Below the pieces are notes generated by a model, which saw only the letters and a program-made list of their open reading frames with translations, made no database searches and had not been told where the DNA came from. From Oceanicaulis sp. (GTDB taxonomy: Bacteria > Pseudomonadota > Alphaproteobacteria > Caulobacterales > Maricaulaceae), in assembly GCA_051117435.1 (NCBI GenBank), contig JBNPED010000019.1, positions 133,476 through 197,475 on the forward strand: 64,000 nucleotides of DNA. The letters run 5' to 3'. The position numbers and the translations under genes are program-made. Below, in pieces: positions 9,447-18,567 of this stretch; position 1 is the stretch's first letter, and each line of letters begins with the position of its first letter.

Positions 9447-10144
9447 GCGGACCGAAGCTCGACCATGTGGACACCTGGGTCTTCGACCTGGACAACACGC
9501 TTTATCCCGCCGACGCGGACATCATGGTCCAGGTCGACCGGCGCATGACCGAGTTCGTCATGAAGCTGCTCGATCTCGACCGGGACCAGGCCCGGGCGGT
9601 GCAGAAATCCTACTGGCATGAATACGGCGCGACGCTCACCGGCCTGATCGACAATCACCAGGTCGACATGGCCGAGTTTCTCGATTTCGTACACGATGTC
9701 GACCATGACGTGATCACGCCGGACCCCGTGCTCGCCGACCATGTGCGCGCGATCGAGGGGCGCCGCCTGGTCTTCACCAACGGCAGCTACAAGCACGCCG
9801 AAAAGGTCATCGACCGGCTCGGCCTGAACGGATTGTTCGACGATCTCTACGATATCGAGGCGGGCGGCTATACGCCGAAGCCGCATCGGGAAAGCTTCGA
9901 ACGGTTCACCCGGAAGTTCGGCTTCGATCCCAAGGGCGCGGTGATGTTCGAGGATTCCGCCCGCAATCTGGAGACCGCCGCGGCCATGGGCTACACCACC
10001 GTCCTGGTGCGCGCCGCGCGCGAGATTCCCGGCGGCGAGACGGCGGGACCGGGCGTGGAGCCGCCCCATGTCCACTACACCGCCGACTGCCTGCGCACTT
10101 TCCTCGGCGACTGGCGCAAGACCGCGCTGAAGCCGGCCGGATAA
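9443..10144 (+). CDS. HAD-family pyrimidine 5'-nucleotidase
   Basis: WVFDLDNTLYP, FTNG, PKP, MFEDSARNL. Confidence 0.92.
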   Translation: MSGPKLDHVDTWVFDLDNTLYPADADIMVQVDRRMTEFVMKLLDLDRDQARAVQKSYWHEYGATLTGLIDNHQVDMAEFLDFVHDVDHDVITPDPVLADHVRAIEGRRLVFTNGSYKHAEKVIDRLGLNGLFDDLYDIEAGGYTPKPHRESFERFTRKFGFDPKGAVMFEDSARNLETAAAMGYTTVLVRAAREIPGGETAGPGVEPPHVHYTADCLRTFLGDWRKTALKPAG

Positions 10145-10199
10145 GACAAAGCCGCGACCCGGAACTCCGAGCCGCGGCCGATTCAGGCGGGATGTCGCG

Positions 10200-10397
10200 C
10201 TATTGGCGCTCGATCCAGTCGTTCACTTCCTTGTCGGCTTCGTCCTTGGACTTGCCGTAGCGCTGCTGGACCTTCCCGGAGAGCTTGTCCTTGTCGCCCT
10301 CGGCGGTCTTCAGATCGTCATCGGTGAGCTTGCCCCATTGGCGCTTGGCGTCGCCCTGAAGCTCTTTCCATTTGCCCTTGAGTTGATCGGCGTGCAT
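10200..10397 (-). CDS. csbD: CsbD family general stress protein
   Basis: MHADQLKGKWKELQGDAKRQWGKLTDDDL; GGAGG SD upstream of ATG 10397. Confidence 0.93.
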   Translation of the reverse strand: MHADQLKGKWKELQGDAKRQWGKLTDDDLKTAEGDKDKLSGKVQQRYGKSKDEADKEVNDWIERQ

Positions 10398-10429
10398 CGG
10401 CGTGATCCTCCTGATGTGGGTGAGAATCA

Positions 10430-10454
10430 AACCTGCCCCGGGGGTTCCGGTTCC
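10430..10454 (-). promoter_or_regulatory. Candidate sigma-EcfG (general stress) promoter of csbD
   Basis: GGAAC-N16-GGTT on the minus strand versus consensus GGAAC-N16/17-CGTT. Confidence 0.5.
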
Positions 10455-10515
10455 ATCGCCTCGCTCCGGTCCGACGCACATGCTAAGCTGCACATATTGG
10501 CGATCGGAGGCTGGC

Positions 10516-10689
10516 GTGGCGGACAAGAAGACCATCAGCATTCAGCAGCACAGCGGTCTCGGCATGCTCTGGTTCGCCGGCTGGCTGTTCACCATCGGCT
10601 ATCTCAAGCTGGGCTTCTGGAGCGGGGTGTTGGCGCTTCTGGTTTGGCCCTACTTCCTCGGATCGCACTTCACGCCGCCCGTCGGCTGA
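10516..10689 (+). CDS. Small (57 aa) membrane protein
   Basis: GGAGG SD at 10506-10510, GTG start, two hydrophobic aromatic-rich segments. Confidence 0.75.
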   Translation: MADKKTISIQQHSGLGMLWFAGWLFTIGYLKLGFWSGVLALLVWPYFLGSHFTPPVG

Positions 10690-10753
10690 GCCCACGCCGA
10701 TCAGGCGGAGCCCGCCCGATGCGCAGGGCCGCCGGGTTTGCGGTTCCCGCCGC

Positions 10754-11404
10754 CTAGAGCAGCGCCCCGGAAATCCCGTCGAAGATGAACTGCGCCGCGA
10801 GCGCGGCGAGGATGACGCCGAGAATGCGGGTGATCATGGCCGCCAGCGTGTCGCCGATGACGCGCATGATCCAGCCCACCGCCAGGAACAGAATGAGGCA
10901 GACCAGAAGGTTCGCGCCCATGCCGGCGAAGACGAGGACCTGGCCGACGCGGTCGCCAGCGGCCTCGCTCATGAACAGCATGATGGAGGCGATGGCGCCC
11001 GGCCCGGCGAGCATGGGGATCGCCATGGGAAAGACCGAGATGTCCTCATGGGTGCCCGGCATGGTGTCGTCGGCTTCATTCAGCGCCTCGGCGCGCTCTT
11101 CGCGGCGTTTCGACCGGGTCTCGAAAATCATGTCCAGAGCGAGCATGAAGAGCAGCACCCCGCCCGCCGCGCGGAAGGCGTCGAGACTGACATGCAACGC
11201 GCTCAACAGCCATTCCCCGCCGAAGGCGAAGCCGAACAGCACCACGGTGGCGATCAGCACCGACTTGATCGCCATCTTGCGCTTGTGGGCGGCGTCCGCC
11301 CCCTCGGTGAGGCTGGCGAAGATCGGCGCCACGCCGATCGGGTCGATCACCACGAAAAAGGTGACGAGCGATGCGGTGAGCAGCGAATAATCGACGGCGT
11401 CCAT
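10754..11404 (-). CDS. MarC family integral membrane protein
   Basis: FFVVIDPIG..PIF, FRAAGG.LL, FPMAIPMLAGPGAI, ITRILGVILAALA. Confidence 0.93.
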   Translation of the reverse strand: MDAVDYSLLTASLVTFFVVIDPIGVAPIFASLTEGADAAHKRKMAIKSVLIATVVLFGFAFGGEWLLSALHVSLDAFRAAGGVLLFMLALDMIFETRSKRREERAEALNEADDTMPGTHEDISVFPMAIPMLAGPGAIASIMLFMSEAAGDRVGQVLVFAGMGANLLVCLILFLAVGWIMRVIGDTLAAMITRILGVILAALAAQFIFDGISGALL

Positions 11405-11536
11405 GCAGGTCTCCGGCGGTGTGTGTGAAGAGGTCCCGCTTAACACCGGCGCGCCGGGGTGGCGAGGCCGCGAATTGCGCTGACGGCTATGCGTTCAAGC
11501 GGGAGCAAAGCGCACGCCTGCGGCGTTGAAGCGGCC

Positions 11537-12370
11537 ATGAAACGAGACCCCGAAACCTCGAAATCCTACGAGATCGCCGGCCGGGCCGGGCTGTTCGCCC
11601 GCGCGGTGGTCTACGCCCTCATCGCAGGGCTGATGCTGCGCGCCGTGTTTCTTTCCGGCGCCGGCGGCGGGGCCGAGGGCGGCGAGGAGGGCGTGCGCCC
11701 CAGCGAAGCCTTTCAATGGCTTGAGACCGAGCTTTACGGGAACGTCCTGCTCGCCGCCATCGGGCTGGGGCTTGCCCTCTACGCAATCTGGCGCTTCGTC
11801 GAGGCCGGCGCCGACACGGGCGATGAAGGCGAAGACGCGGAAGGCGTTCTGGCCCGGCTCGGCATGGTGGCGTCCGGGGCCGGCTATGCACTGGTCGGGG
11901 TCACGGCGATAGCCGTGCTGTTCGGTCGTGATCAGGGCGGCGGAGACGGCGGCGCGACCAAGACGGCCGTGCGCTGGCTCCTGGAACAACCCTTCGGCCC
12001 GGCGCTCGTCATCGTATTGGGCCTCATTCTGGCGGGTATCGGGGCTGCTCAGATATGGCGGGCCTGGAAGGGCGAATGGAAGGACGATCTCGACCTTTCC
12101 GGCTGGGCCGGACGGACCACCGGCGTAATCACCGCGGCCATCGCGCTTCGCGGGGTGTTGTTCATCGTGGTGGGCGTGTTCGTGATCCTGGCCGGCTGGC
12201 AGGTGGACCCCTCCGACGCCAAAGGCCTTTCCGGCGCCATCACCTGGCTCAGAGGCCAGCCTTACGGGGTGTATCTCTACATTCTCGGCGCGCTGACGCT
12301 GGCGGGTTACGGGCTCTACTCGTTCGTTCAGGCCCGGCGGATGGATTTCGGACCCAGCCCTCACGCGTGA
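11537..12370 (+). CDS. DUF1206 family membrane protein
   Basis: Three repeats of the R.G..ARA/RG.vy... TM hairpin followed by G.lll...G.GL..Y..W. Confidence 0.8.
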   Translation: MKRDPETSKSYEIAGRAGLFARAVVYALIAGLMLRAVFLSGAGGGAEGGEEGVRPSEAFQWLETELYGNVLLAAIGLGLALYAIWRFVEAGADTGDEGEDAEGVLARLGMVASGAGYALVGVTAIAVLFGRDQGGGDGGATKTAVRWLLEQPFGPALVIVLGLILAGIGAAQIWRAWKGEWKDDLDLSGWAGRTTGVITAAIALRGVLFIVVGVFVILAGWQVDPSDAKGLSGAITWLRGQPYGVYLYILGALTLAGYGLYSFVQARRMDFGPSPHA

Positions 12371-12407
12371 GGCGGCGGTCTGAGGCGCGGCGGCAGAGGG
12401 CCGCGGC

Positions 12408-13406
12408 CTAAGGCGCGGCCTCCAACCGGAACGCCAGCAGGAGCGTGCGCTGCTCGGCGTTGAAATTGTCGTCCGACATCAAGATCAGCATGGGCGCGCC
12501 GTCGATTTCGGCGAAGGCGGCGGCTTCGATATTGTCCACCGTCATGTCCGGGCTGAGAGTCGCCAGGCGTTCCGGCGTCAGCGGCGCGCCGCCGGCGGCC
12601 GCGAGCTGATCGGCCGACAGGCGGGAGATATGAATGCGGTTGCCCACCTCGCGCGCCCAGAACCGCTCGACCAGATAAAGCGCGCCGTCCGGCCCGATGG
12701 TCAGGGCGGTCAGTCCGAAACCCGGCTCCAGAGCGAGCTGGAGCGCGCGAGGCGGCGCGCCGAGCGCGGTGCGGTCATAGACCCAGAGCGTGTGCGGCTG
12801 ACCGGAGACCAGCGGATCCTCCACCCCGGCGTAGAGCCGTTCGGCATCGGCGGCGAGGGCTTCGATCCCGGCGTTGGCGCGCAGCCGGTCCGCGCCGGGC
12901 GGGGCGGGGAAGGCCGTCTCGACGGCCGTGTCGATCCCGCTCCAGTCCGCGCCCAGCTCGAACACGGCGATGCGGTGGTCGCGCTCGAAGCTGACGGCGT
13001 ACCGGCCGTCGCCCAGCGGGGCCAACCCTTCCGCGTCGGCGCGGTCTCCGGCGAGCGGCGCGCCGTCGGGCCCGAGCACCGGCGCGAGGCGAATCTCGGC
13101 GAGGCCCGCCGGCGAGCCGTCTTCGACCTCCAGCCGGGCGCGCATCCAGACGCCGGAATCCGACAGCGCCAGCAGACGCGATCCGTCTTCGTTCAGCTCC
13201 AGCGCCGACCAGCCTCCGAAGCCCTGGGTCTCACTGGTGAGGACGAGCCCGCCCGCATAGCGCAAGGCGCCGATCTGCGCGCGGCCGGGATCGTCTGGAA
13301 ACAGCGCCGCCGGCTCGGCCGCCACCCCGGCGTCCTGCGGCGCAGGCGATCCGCACGCCGCAGCCAGCATCGCTAGAAGAAGGGCGGCGGTCCGGCGTGC
13401 GGTCAT
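12408..13406 (-). CDS. Esterase-like activity of phytase family lipoprotein
   Basis: Lipobox LAAAC, FGGWSAL, DAEGL, VSFE, DNIEA, LMSDDNF...QRTLL. Confidence 0.85.
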   Translation of the reverse strand: MTARRTAALLLAMLAAACGSPAPQDAGVAAEPAALFPDDPGRAQIGALRYAGGLVLTSETQGFGGWSALELNEDGSRLLALSDSGVWMRARLEVEDGSPAGLAEIRLAPVLGPDGAPLAGDRADAEGLAPLGDGRYAVSFERDHRIAVFELGADWSGIDTAVETAFPAPPGADRLRANAGIEALAADAERLYAGVEDPLVSGQPHTLWVYDRTALGAPPRALQLALEPGFGLTALTIGPDGALYLVERFWAREVGNRIHISRLSADQLAAAGGAPLTPERLATLSPDMTVDNIEAAAFAEIDGAPMLILMSDDNFNAEQRTLLLAFRLEAAP

Positions 13407-13423
13407 GGCGGGTCTCCGTCGGC

Positions 13424-13744
13424 CTAAAACTTCTCCGGCCGCAGCACTTCGACCTGATCCATATACACGATGCCGGGATACTCGTTGAAGTACCGGGTCG
13501 CCACAGCTTCTGCGATGCGTTCGGCGGCCGCGCGGTCGGCGACGATCACTTCGATGCGCACGATGGTGAAGCCGGGCGCGATGCCGGGCCGGTCCGACCC
13601 GTGCAGGCCATGGGCGCCTTTGCCGACGCCTTCGGTGACGGTGTAGCCCTTCGCGCCCTCCTTCTCGACGATGGCGAGCACTTTGTCGCGCAGCAGCCGC
13701 TCGACGACGAGGATGATCTTGGTGGCCTTGTGAAACAGGGTCAT
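13424..13744 (-). CDS. sbtB: PII-like signal transduction protein SbtB
   Basis: PII fold motifs KGYTV....GKG..G, IEVIV, PGIVY...VEVLRPEKF; directly downstream of sbtA. Confidence 0.85.
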   Translation of the reverse strand: MTLFHKATKIILVVERLLRDKVLAIVEKEGAKGYTVTEGVGKGAHGLHGSDRPGIAPGFTIVRIEVIVADRAAAERIAEAVATRYFNEYPGIVYMDQVEVLRPEKF

Positions 13745-13762
13745 GGGTCTGATCCTTGAGCC

Positions 13763-14770
13763 TTAAAGGTCGAACACGAGCTGGGCGAGGGCGACGTAGA
13801 GCGGGATGCCGATCGCGATCGCCACCGGGGTGCCCACCGCGGTGGACGAGCCGATATAGGCGGAAGGATTGGCTCCGGGGATGCCGGCGCGCAAGGTGGG
13901 CGGACCGGAGATGTCCGAGCTTGAGCCCGCCATCACCGCCAGGAGCACCACCCCGCCCGGCGAGAAGCCGGTCGTGACATGGGCGACATAGCCGAGCCCG
14001 AAGGCGGCGAGGCCGTGGAGGAGGGGCGAGATCAGCGCATAGGTGGCGTACCAATGGGCGACCTTGGCGAGTTCCGCCATGCGCGACCAGGCCTCCATGC
14101 CGAGCACCAGCATCAGGATTGAAAGAAGACCGCGGAACAGCGGGTCGTAGAAGCTCTCCACCACGCTGTCCGGCCGCGTGATGATGCCGAGCAACATGCC
14201 TAGAAGCAGGGCGGAGATCGCCGAGCCGCGCAGCGAGTCCAGGATGATCGCCTTGATGTCGGCCTTCCCCGCGCCGCCGCTCGCGGTCTTCTGACGCGCC
14301 ATGCCGGCCAGGATGATCGCGGCGAGAAGCGCGGGAATGTCCATGAAGGGATAGAGCGCAGGGACCCAGGCCTCGAAGGGAATGCCTTCCTCGTCGAGCA
14401 CCACCATGGCCGCGGCGAGGGTCGAGGCGGAGACGGCGCCGAACAGGCCGGCCGTGGCGTAATTGTCGTCGCCCTTCAGCTTCGGCAGGCGGTTCAGGGC
14501 GAACGCGCCGATCACGACGATGCCGACCCCGAGCAGGACCGCGAAAAACGCGGGCAACAGCATGGAGATCAGGTCGGCTTCACGCAGCTCCATGCCGGCG
14601 CGCAGGCCGATCGTGATCAGCAGCATGAAGACGATGAAGCGGTAGATCGGGTCGGGAATGGTGAGATTGCTGCCCAGCGCCGCGATCAGCATCCCGCCGA
14701 GCAGGAAGGCGAGGGTGGGCTTTTGCAGCTGCGAGGCGAAGGTGGAGAGAAAGTCGAGCAGGACGTCCAT
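13763..14770 (-). CDS. sbtA: Sodium-dependent bicarbonate transporter SbtA
   Basis: QLQKPTLAFLLGGMLIAALGS, FGAVSASTLAAA, YPFMDIPAL, SSSDISGPPTLRAGIP.ANPSAYIG. Confidence 0.92.
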   Translation of the reverse strand: MDVLLDFLSTFASQLQKPTLAFLLGGMLIAALGSNLTIPDPIYRFIVFMLLITIGLRAGMELREADLISMLLPAFFAVLLGVGIVVIGAFALNRLPKLKGDDNYATAGLFGAVSASTLAAAMVVLDEEGIPFEAWVPALYPFMDIPALLAAIILAGMARQKTASGGAGKADIKAIILDSLRGSAISALLLGMLLGIITRPDSVVESFYDPLFRGLLSILMLVLGMEAWSRMAELAKVAHWYATYALISPLLHGLAAFGLGYVAHVTTGFSPGGVVLLAVMAGSSSDISGPPTLRAGIPGANPSAYIGSSTAVGTPVAIAIGIPLYVALAQLVFDL

Positions 14771-14888
14771 GGGCGCTCCAAGCCGAAAAGAAAATCAACA
14801 GCGCGGACCTAGGCCAGGATTATCGATAGAAAAATTACATTGATTGGATATAATCGTTCCATAATCTGGATGTAAAACGACGATGGTG

Positions 14889-15761
14889 ATGAATTACAAA
14901 CACTTACGCTATTTCCGCGCGGTCGCCCATGAGGGCCGGCTGACCAGGGCCGCCGAGCGGCTGAATCTCTCCCAATCCGCGCTCTCCACCCAGATCCGCC
15001 AGCTGGAGGACCAGCTGGGCCACGCCCTGTTCGAGCGCACGGGGCGGACCTTGACCCTGACCGAGGCGGGGCGGGTGGCGCTGGATTACGCCGATGCGAT
15101 CTTCAGCGCGGGCGACGAGCTGGAGGCGGTGCTCAAGGCCGGAGCCGGCGCGGCGCGCCGCCCGCTCCATGTGGGCGCGCTGGCCACGCTCTCGCGCAAT
15201 TTCCAGACCGATCTCCTGGCGCCGGTGCTTTCCGCGGGCGGGGTGGAGATTCACCTTCGCTCCGGTTCGCTGGCCGAGCTGATGGATGAGCTGGCGGCGC
15301 ATAATCTCGATCTGGTGCTCGCCAACCAGGCGCCGCTGCGCGGATCGGACAGCGCGTGGACCGTCCATCGCCTGGCCGAGCAGCCTGTCAGCCTGATGGG
15401 CGCGCCCGAGCGCGTCGGGGACGAGCGCGACCTCGCCGCGCTGCTCAAGGCGCATCCGTTGATCCTGCCCTCGCGGCGCAGCGGGGTGAGGTCGGGCTTC
15501 GACGCGCTCGCCGCACGGCTGTCCATCACGCCGGTGATCGCCGCGGAGGTCGACGACATGGCCATGCTGCGCCTTCTGGCGCGCCATGACGCCGGCCTCG
15601 CCGTGGCCCCGCCGATCGTTGTGCGTGACGAGCTGGCGAGCGGGCGCCTTCTGGAGGCCGCCAAGCTGCCCGGCATCGCTGAAACATTTTATGCGATCAC
15701 GCTGGAGCGCCGTTTCGCCAACCCCCTGGTGACCGAAATCCTCGCGCGCGCGGCGGTCTAG
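14889..15761 (+). CDS. LysR family transcriptional regulator (NhaR-like)
   Basis: NYKHLRYF..VA.EG.LTRAAERLNLSQSALSTQI..LE HTH; divergent from sbtA across an AT-rich spacer. Confidence 0.92.
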   Translation: MNYKHLRYFRAVAHEGRLTRAAERLNLSQSALSTQIRQLEDQLGHALFERTGRTLTLTEAGRVALDYADAIFSAGDELEAVLKAGAGAARRPLHVGALATLSRNFQTDLLAPVLSAGGVEIHLRSGSLAELMDELAAHNLDLVLANQAPLRGSDSAWTVHRLAEQPVSLMGAPERVGDERDLAALLKAHPLILPSRRSGVRSGFDALAARLSITPVIAAEVDDMAMLRLLARHDAGLAVAPPIVVRDELASGRLLEAAKLPGIAETFYAITLERRFANPLVTEILARAAV

Positions 15762-15861
15762 AGCCGATTCGGCCGATCTTGATCGATCAAAACGGCTCTA
15801 GCCTGGTGGAATTCAGCCTTTTCGAAACGCGAACCCGGTGTCCACTTTCGCTGAAAAGGCT

Positions 15862-17784
15862 CTATCGCTTCGCCGCGCCGGCGGTGGCGCGTTTCAGCGC
15901 CGACAGGCCCGGCCCGCCGCGATCCTTGCGCGCTTCGCCGTTGCGGCCCCGGCGCGCGCGTTTCGGCGTCTTGTCGAACAGATCGGCGAGCTGGTCGGTC
16001 ATGGCGCCGGCGAGCTGCTCCACGTCCACGATGGTCACCGCGCGCTTGTAGTAGCGCGTCACGTCATGGCCGATGCCGATGGCGAGCAGCTCCACATCGG
16101 ACTTGCCCTCGATCATGGCGATGGTCTCGCGCAGATGCTTCTCCAGATAGGCCGGGGAGTTCGCCGACTGGGTGCCGTCGTCCACCGGGGCGCCGTCGGA
16201 GATCACCATGAGGATGCGGCGCTGTTCGGGCCGGGCGAGCAGGCGTTTATGGGCCCAGAGCAGCGCCTCGCCGTCGATGTTTTCCTTCAGCAGACCGTCG
16301 CGCAGCATCAGGCCCAGATTGGGTCGTGCGCGCCGCCAGGGCGCGTCGGCGTTCTTGTAGACGATATGGCGCAGATCATTGAGCCGGCCCGGATTCGGAG
16401 GCTTGCCCTGTTCAAGCCACAGCTCCTTGGAGCGCCCGCCCTTCCAGGCCTTGGTGGTGAAGCCCAGGATCTCGGTCTTCACGCCGGAGCGCTCCAGCGT
16501 GCGCGCCAGGATGTCCGCGCACGCCGCAGCCACCAGGATGGGCCGGCCGCGCATGGAGCCGGAATTATCCAGAAGCAGCGTCACCACGGTGTCGCGGAAC
16601 TCCATGTCCTGCTCCTGCTTGAAGGAGAGGGGCTGCATGGGGTCCAGGATGACGCGCGGCAGGCGGGCGGGGTCGAGCACGCCTTCTTCCAGATCGAAGG
16701 CCCAGCTTCTCTGCTGCTTGGCCATCAGTTTTCTCTGCAGCCGGTTGGCCAGCCGGCCCACGGCGCCTTCCAGGCCTTTGAGGTGCTGATCGAGATTGCG
16801 GCGTAGCCTGGCGAGTTCGTCCGTGTCGCACAGATCGCCGGCCTGGATCACCTCGTCAAACTTGGTGGTGAAGACTTTGTAGGCGTCGGCGTCTTCATTC
16901 TTCGGCGCGACCCAGTTCGGCCGGGCGGCCTCCATGGACTCGCCGGGCTCGTCGTCGGCCTCGATGCGGGTCTGGCTTTCCTCGGCGTAGTGAATTTCGT
17001 CGGTGTCGGCCGCGGTGCCCTTGGCGTCGGCGGGCTGGTCGTCCTCGCCGGTGTCGGGGTCCTGATCGCCGGGGTCGTCGCCGGACTGGGGCTCCTGATC
17101 GACGCCGGAATCCTCTTCGGAGTCGTCCTGGTCCTCGTCCTCCTCGACCTCGCCCAGTTCATCAGAAAGGTCGAGATCGCGGATCAGCTGGCGCAGGGCC
17201 TCGGCGAACTTCTTCTGGTCGCCCGCCGCGTCGGCGAGCGCGTCCAGCGCGTCGCCGGCGGCGGCCTCGAGATCCTCGCGCCAGACCTTCATCAGGCCCT
17301 TGGCGTCCTCCGGCGCCGCGCGTCCTGAAATGCGCTCGCGAACCAGCATGGAGACTGCGTCGGCCAACGGCGCGGCCTGGCGGTCCTCGGCGACGTTCCA
17401 GCCCTGCCGGCGGCATTTGTCGATCAGCGCCGCGTCCAGATTGTCGGCCACGCCGCGCATGGCCTTCGCGCCCAGGCCTTCGCAGCGCGCCTGCTCGGCG
17501 GCGTCGAAAATCTTGCGCGCCGTGTCGCCGGGCGGCAGGCTCTGCTGGTGCGCGCGGCTGTCGTGCAGGGCGTAGCGCAGCGCCAGCGCGTCGGCGCGGC
17601 CCCGGGCTTTGGACGCCTCGTCGAGCGTCAGCTTGTCCGGCGGATTGGGAAGCACCACGCCGCCGCGCGCGATGGCGGCCTTGTCCCCGCCGTACTTCAC
17701 CTCAAGCTCGCGCTCCTTCGACAGGGCGCGGGTGGTGGTGGCGAGGGCGCGGCGGAACTGTTCGGCGGGAGACTGATCGGTCAT
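15862..17784 (-). CDS. cobT: Cobaltochelatase subunit CobT (VWA domain)
   Basis: Acidic linker; [36 protein letters not shown]. Confidence 0.95.
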   Translation of the reverse strand: MTDQSPAEQFRRALATTTRALSKERELEVKYGGDKAAIARGGVVLPNPPDKLTLDEASKARGRADALALRYALHDSRAHQQSLPPGDTARKIFDAAEQARCEGLGAKAMRGVADNLDAALIDKCRRQGWNVAEDRQAAPLADAVSMLVRERISGRAAPEDAKGLMKVWREDLEAAAGDALDALADAAGDQKKFAEALRQLIRDLDLSDELGEVEEDEDQDDSEEDSGVDQEPQSGDDPGDQDPDTGEDDQPADAKGTAADTDEIHYAEESQTRIEADDEPGESMEAARPNWVAPKNEDADAYKVFTTKFDEVIQAGDLCDTDELARLRRNLDQHLKGLEGAVGRLANRLQRKLMAKQQRSWAFDLEEGVLDPARLPRVILDPMQPLSFKQEQDMEFRDTVVTLLLDNSGSMRGRPILVAAACADILARTLERSGVKTEILGFTTKAWKGGRSKELWLEQGKPPNPGRLNDLRHIVYKNADAPWRRARPNLGLMLRDGLLKENIDGEALLWAHKRLLARPEQRRILMVISDGAPVDDGTQSANSPAYLEKHLRETIAMIEGKSDVELLAIGIGHDVTRYYKRAVTIVDVEQLAGAMTDQLADLFDKTPKRARRGRNGEARKDRGGPGLSALKRATAGAAKR

Positions 17785-17850
17785 GGCGCTACAGATAGCC
17801 CCGCCGAGGCGACTTGCGAACCCGGATCGGTGCAGCGCGTCATCCCCGCA

Positions 17851-17881
17851 TCGACAAAGTTAGCTAAGTTGACTAAGCTAA
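17851..17881 (+). promoter_or_regulatory. vapBC promoter with overlapping palindromic operator
   Basis: TCGACA-N17-TAAGCT; inverted repeat TTAGCTAAG-ttga-CTAAGCTAA (17860-17881); ATG 7 nt after the -10. Confidence 0.6.
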
Positions 17882-17886
17882 TCCCC

Positions 17887-18162
17887 ATGAAAACCGTCAC
17901 GGTCCACGAAGCGAAAACCCATCTCTCCCGCCTTCTCAAAGAGGTGGAGGCGGGCGAGACCATCATCATCTGTCGGGGAAAGACCCCGGTGGCGCGGCTG
18001 GAAGCAAGCGAAGCCGCTTCGCCGCCGCTACGCAAACCTGGTGAACTCAAACACATCGGCTGGAGCAAGGCGGCCGATCGCGCGCTGGAGTCCGACGCGT
18101 TTAGCGAGGCGGAGCTGGCGCAGATGGAGTCGCCGTTTTCCGAACCTGAATCGGCGCGCTGA
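17887..18162 (+). CDS. vapB: Phd/YefM family antitoxin
   Basis: MKTVTVHEAKTHLSRLL..VEAGE..II.R...PVARL. Confidence 0.9.
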   Translation: MKTVTVHEAKTHLSRLLKEVEAGETIIICRGKTPVARLEASEAASPPLRKPGELKHIGWSKAADRALESDAFSEAELAQMESPFSEPESAR

Positions 18163-18164
18163 TC

Positions 18165-18551
18165 GTGCTGGTCGATACCCAGGCTGCGGCATGGTGGGCT
18201 GTGGATTCGCCGCGGTTGACGAAGCGGGCGGCGGACGCGATGGGACGCGCCGACAGTCTTTTCCTGTCCATCACCTCGGTCTGGGAAACCTCGATCAAGC
18301 TCAGGAAGTTCGGCCGCGCCGGCTCCGAGCCGCTGGGCGACTGGTTTGACGCCGTCGTTGATCCCGCGGTGAGCCTTTCAACGACGTTGCTCCCGATCGA
18401 GCCCGCCGACTGCGTGATGCTGCTCGACTTACCCGCCATCCACGGCGACCCGTTCGACCGGATGATCGCGGCGCAGGCGGTGCGCCGCGGTCTTCCGGTG
18501 GTCAGCGCCGATCCGGTGTTCGAGGCCTATGGCTGTAAGCGGGTGTGGTAG
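18165..18551 (+). CDS. vapC: PIN-domain VapC toxin (start may be CTG 18159)
   Basis: LVDT, SITSVWETSIK, HGDPFDRMIAAQA, VSAD acidic PIN residues. Confidence 0.9.
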   Translation: MLVDTQAAAWWAVDSPRLTKRAADAMGRADSLFLSITSVWETSIKLRKFGRAGSEPLGDWFDAVVDPAVSLSTTLLPIEPADCVMLLDLPAIHGDPFDRMIAAQAVRRGLPVVSADPVFEAYGCKRVW

Positions 18552-18567
18552 CGCGCCCTATGGGTCC

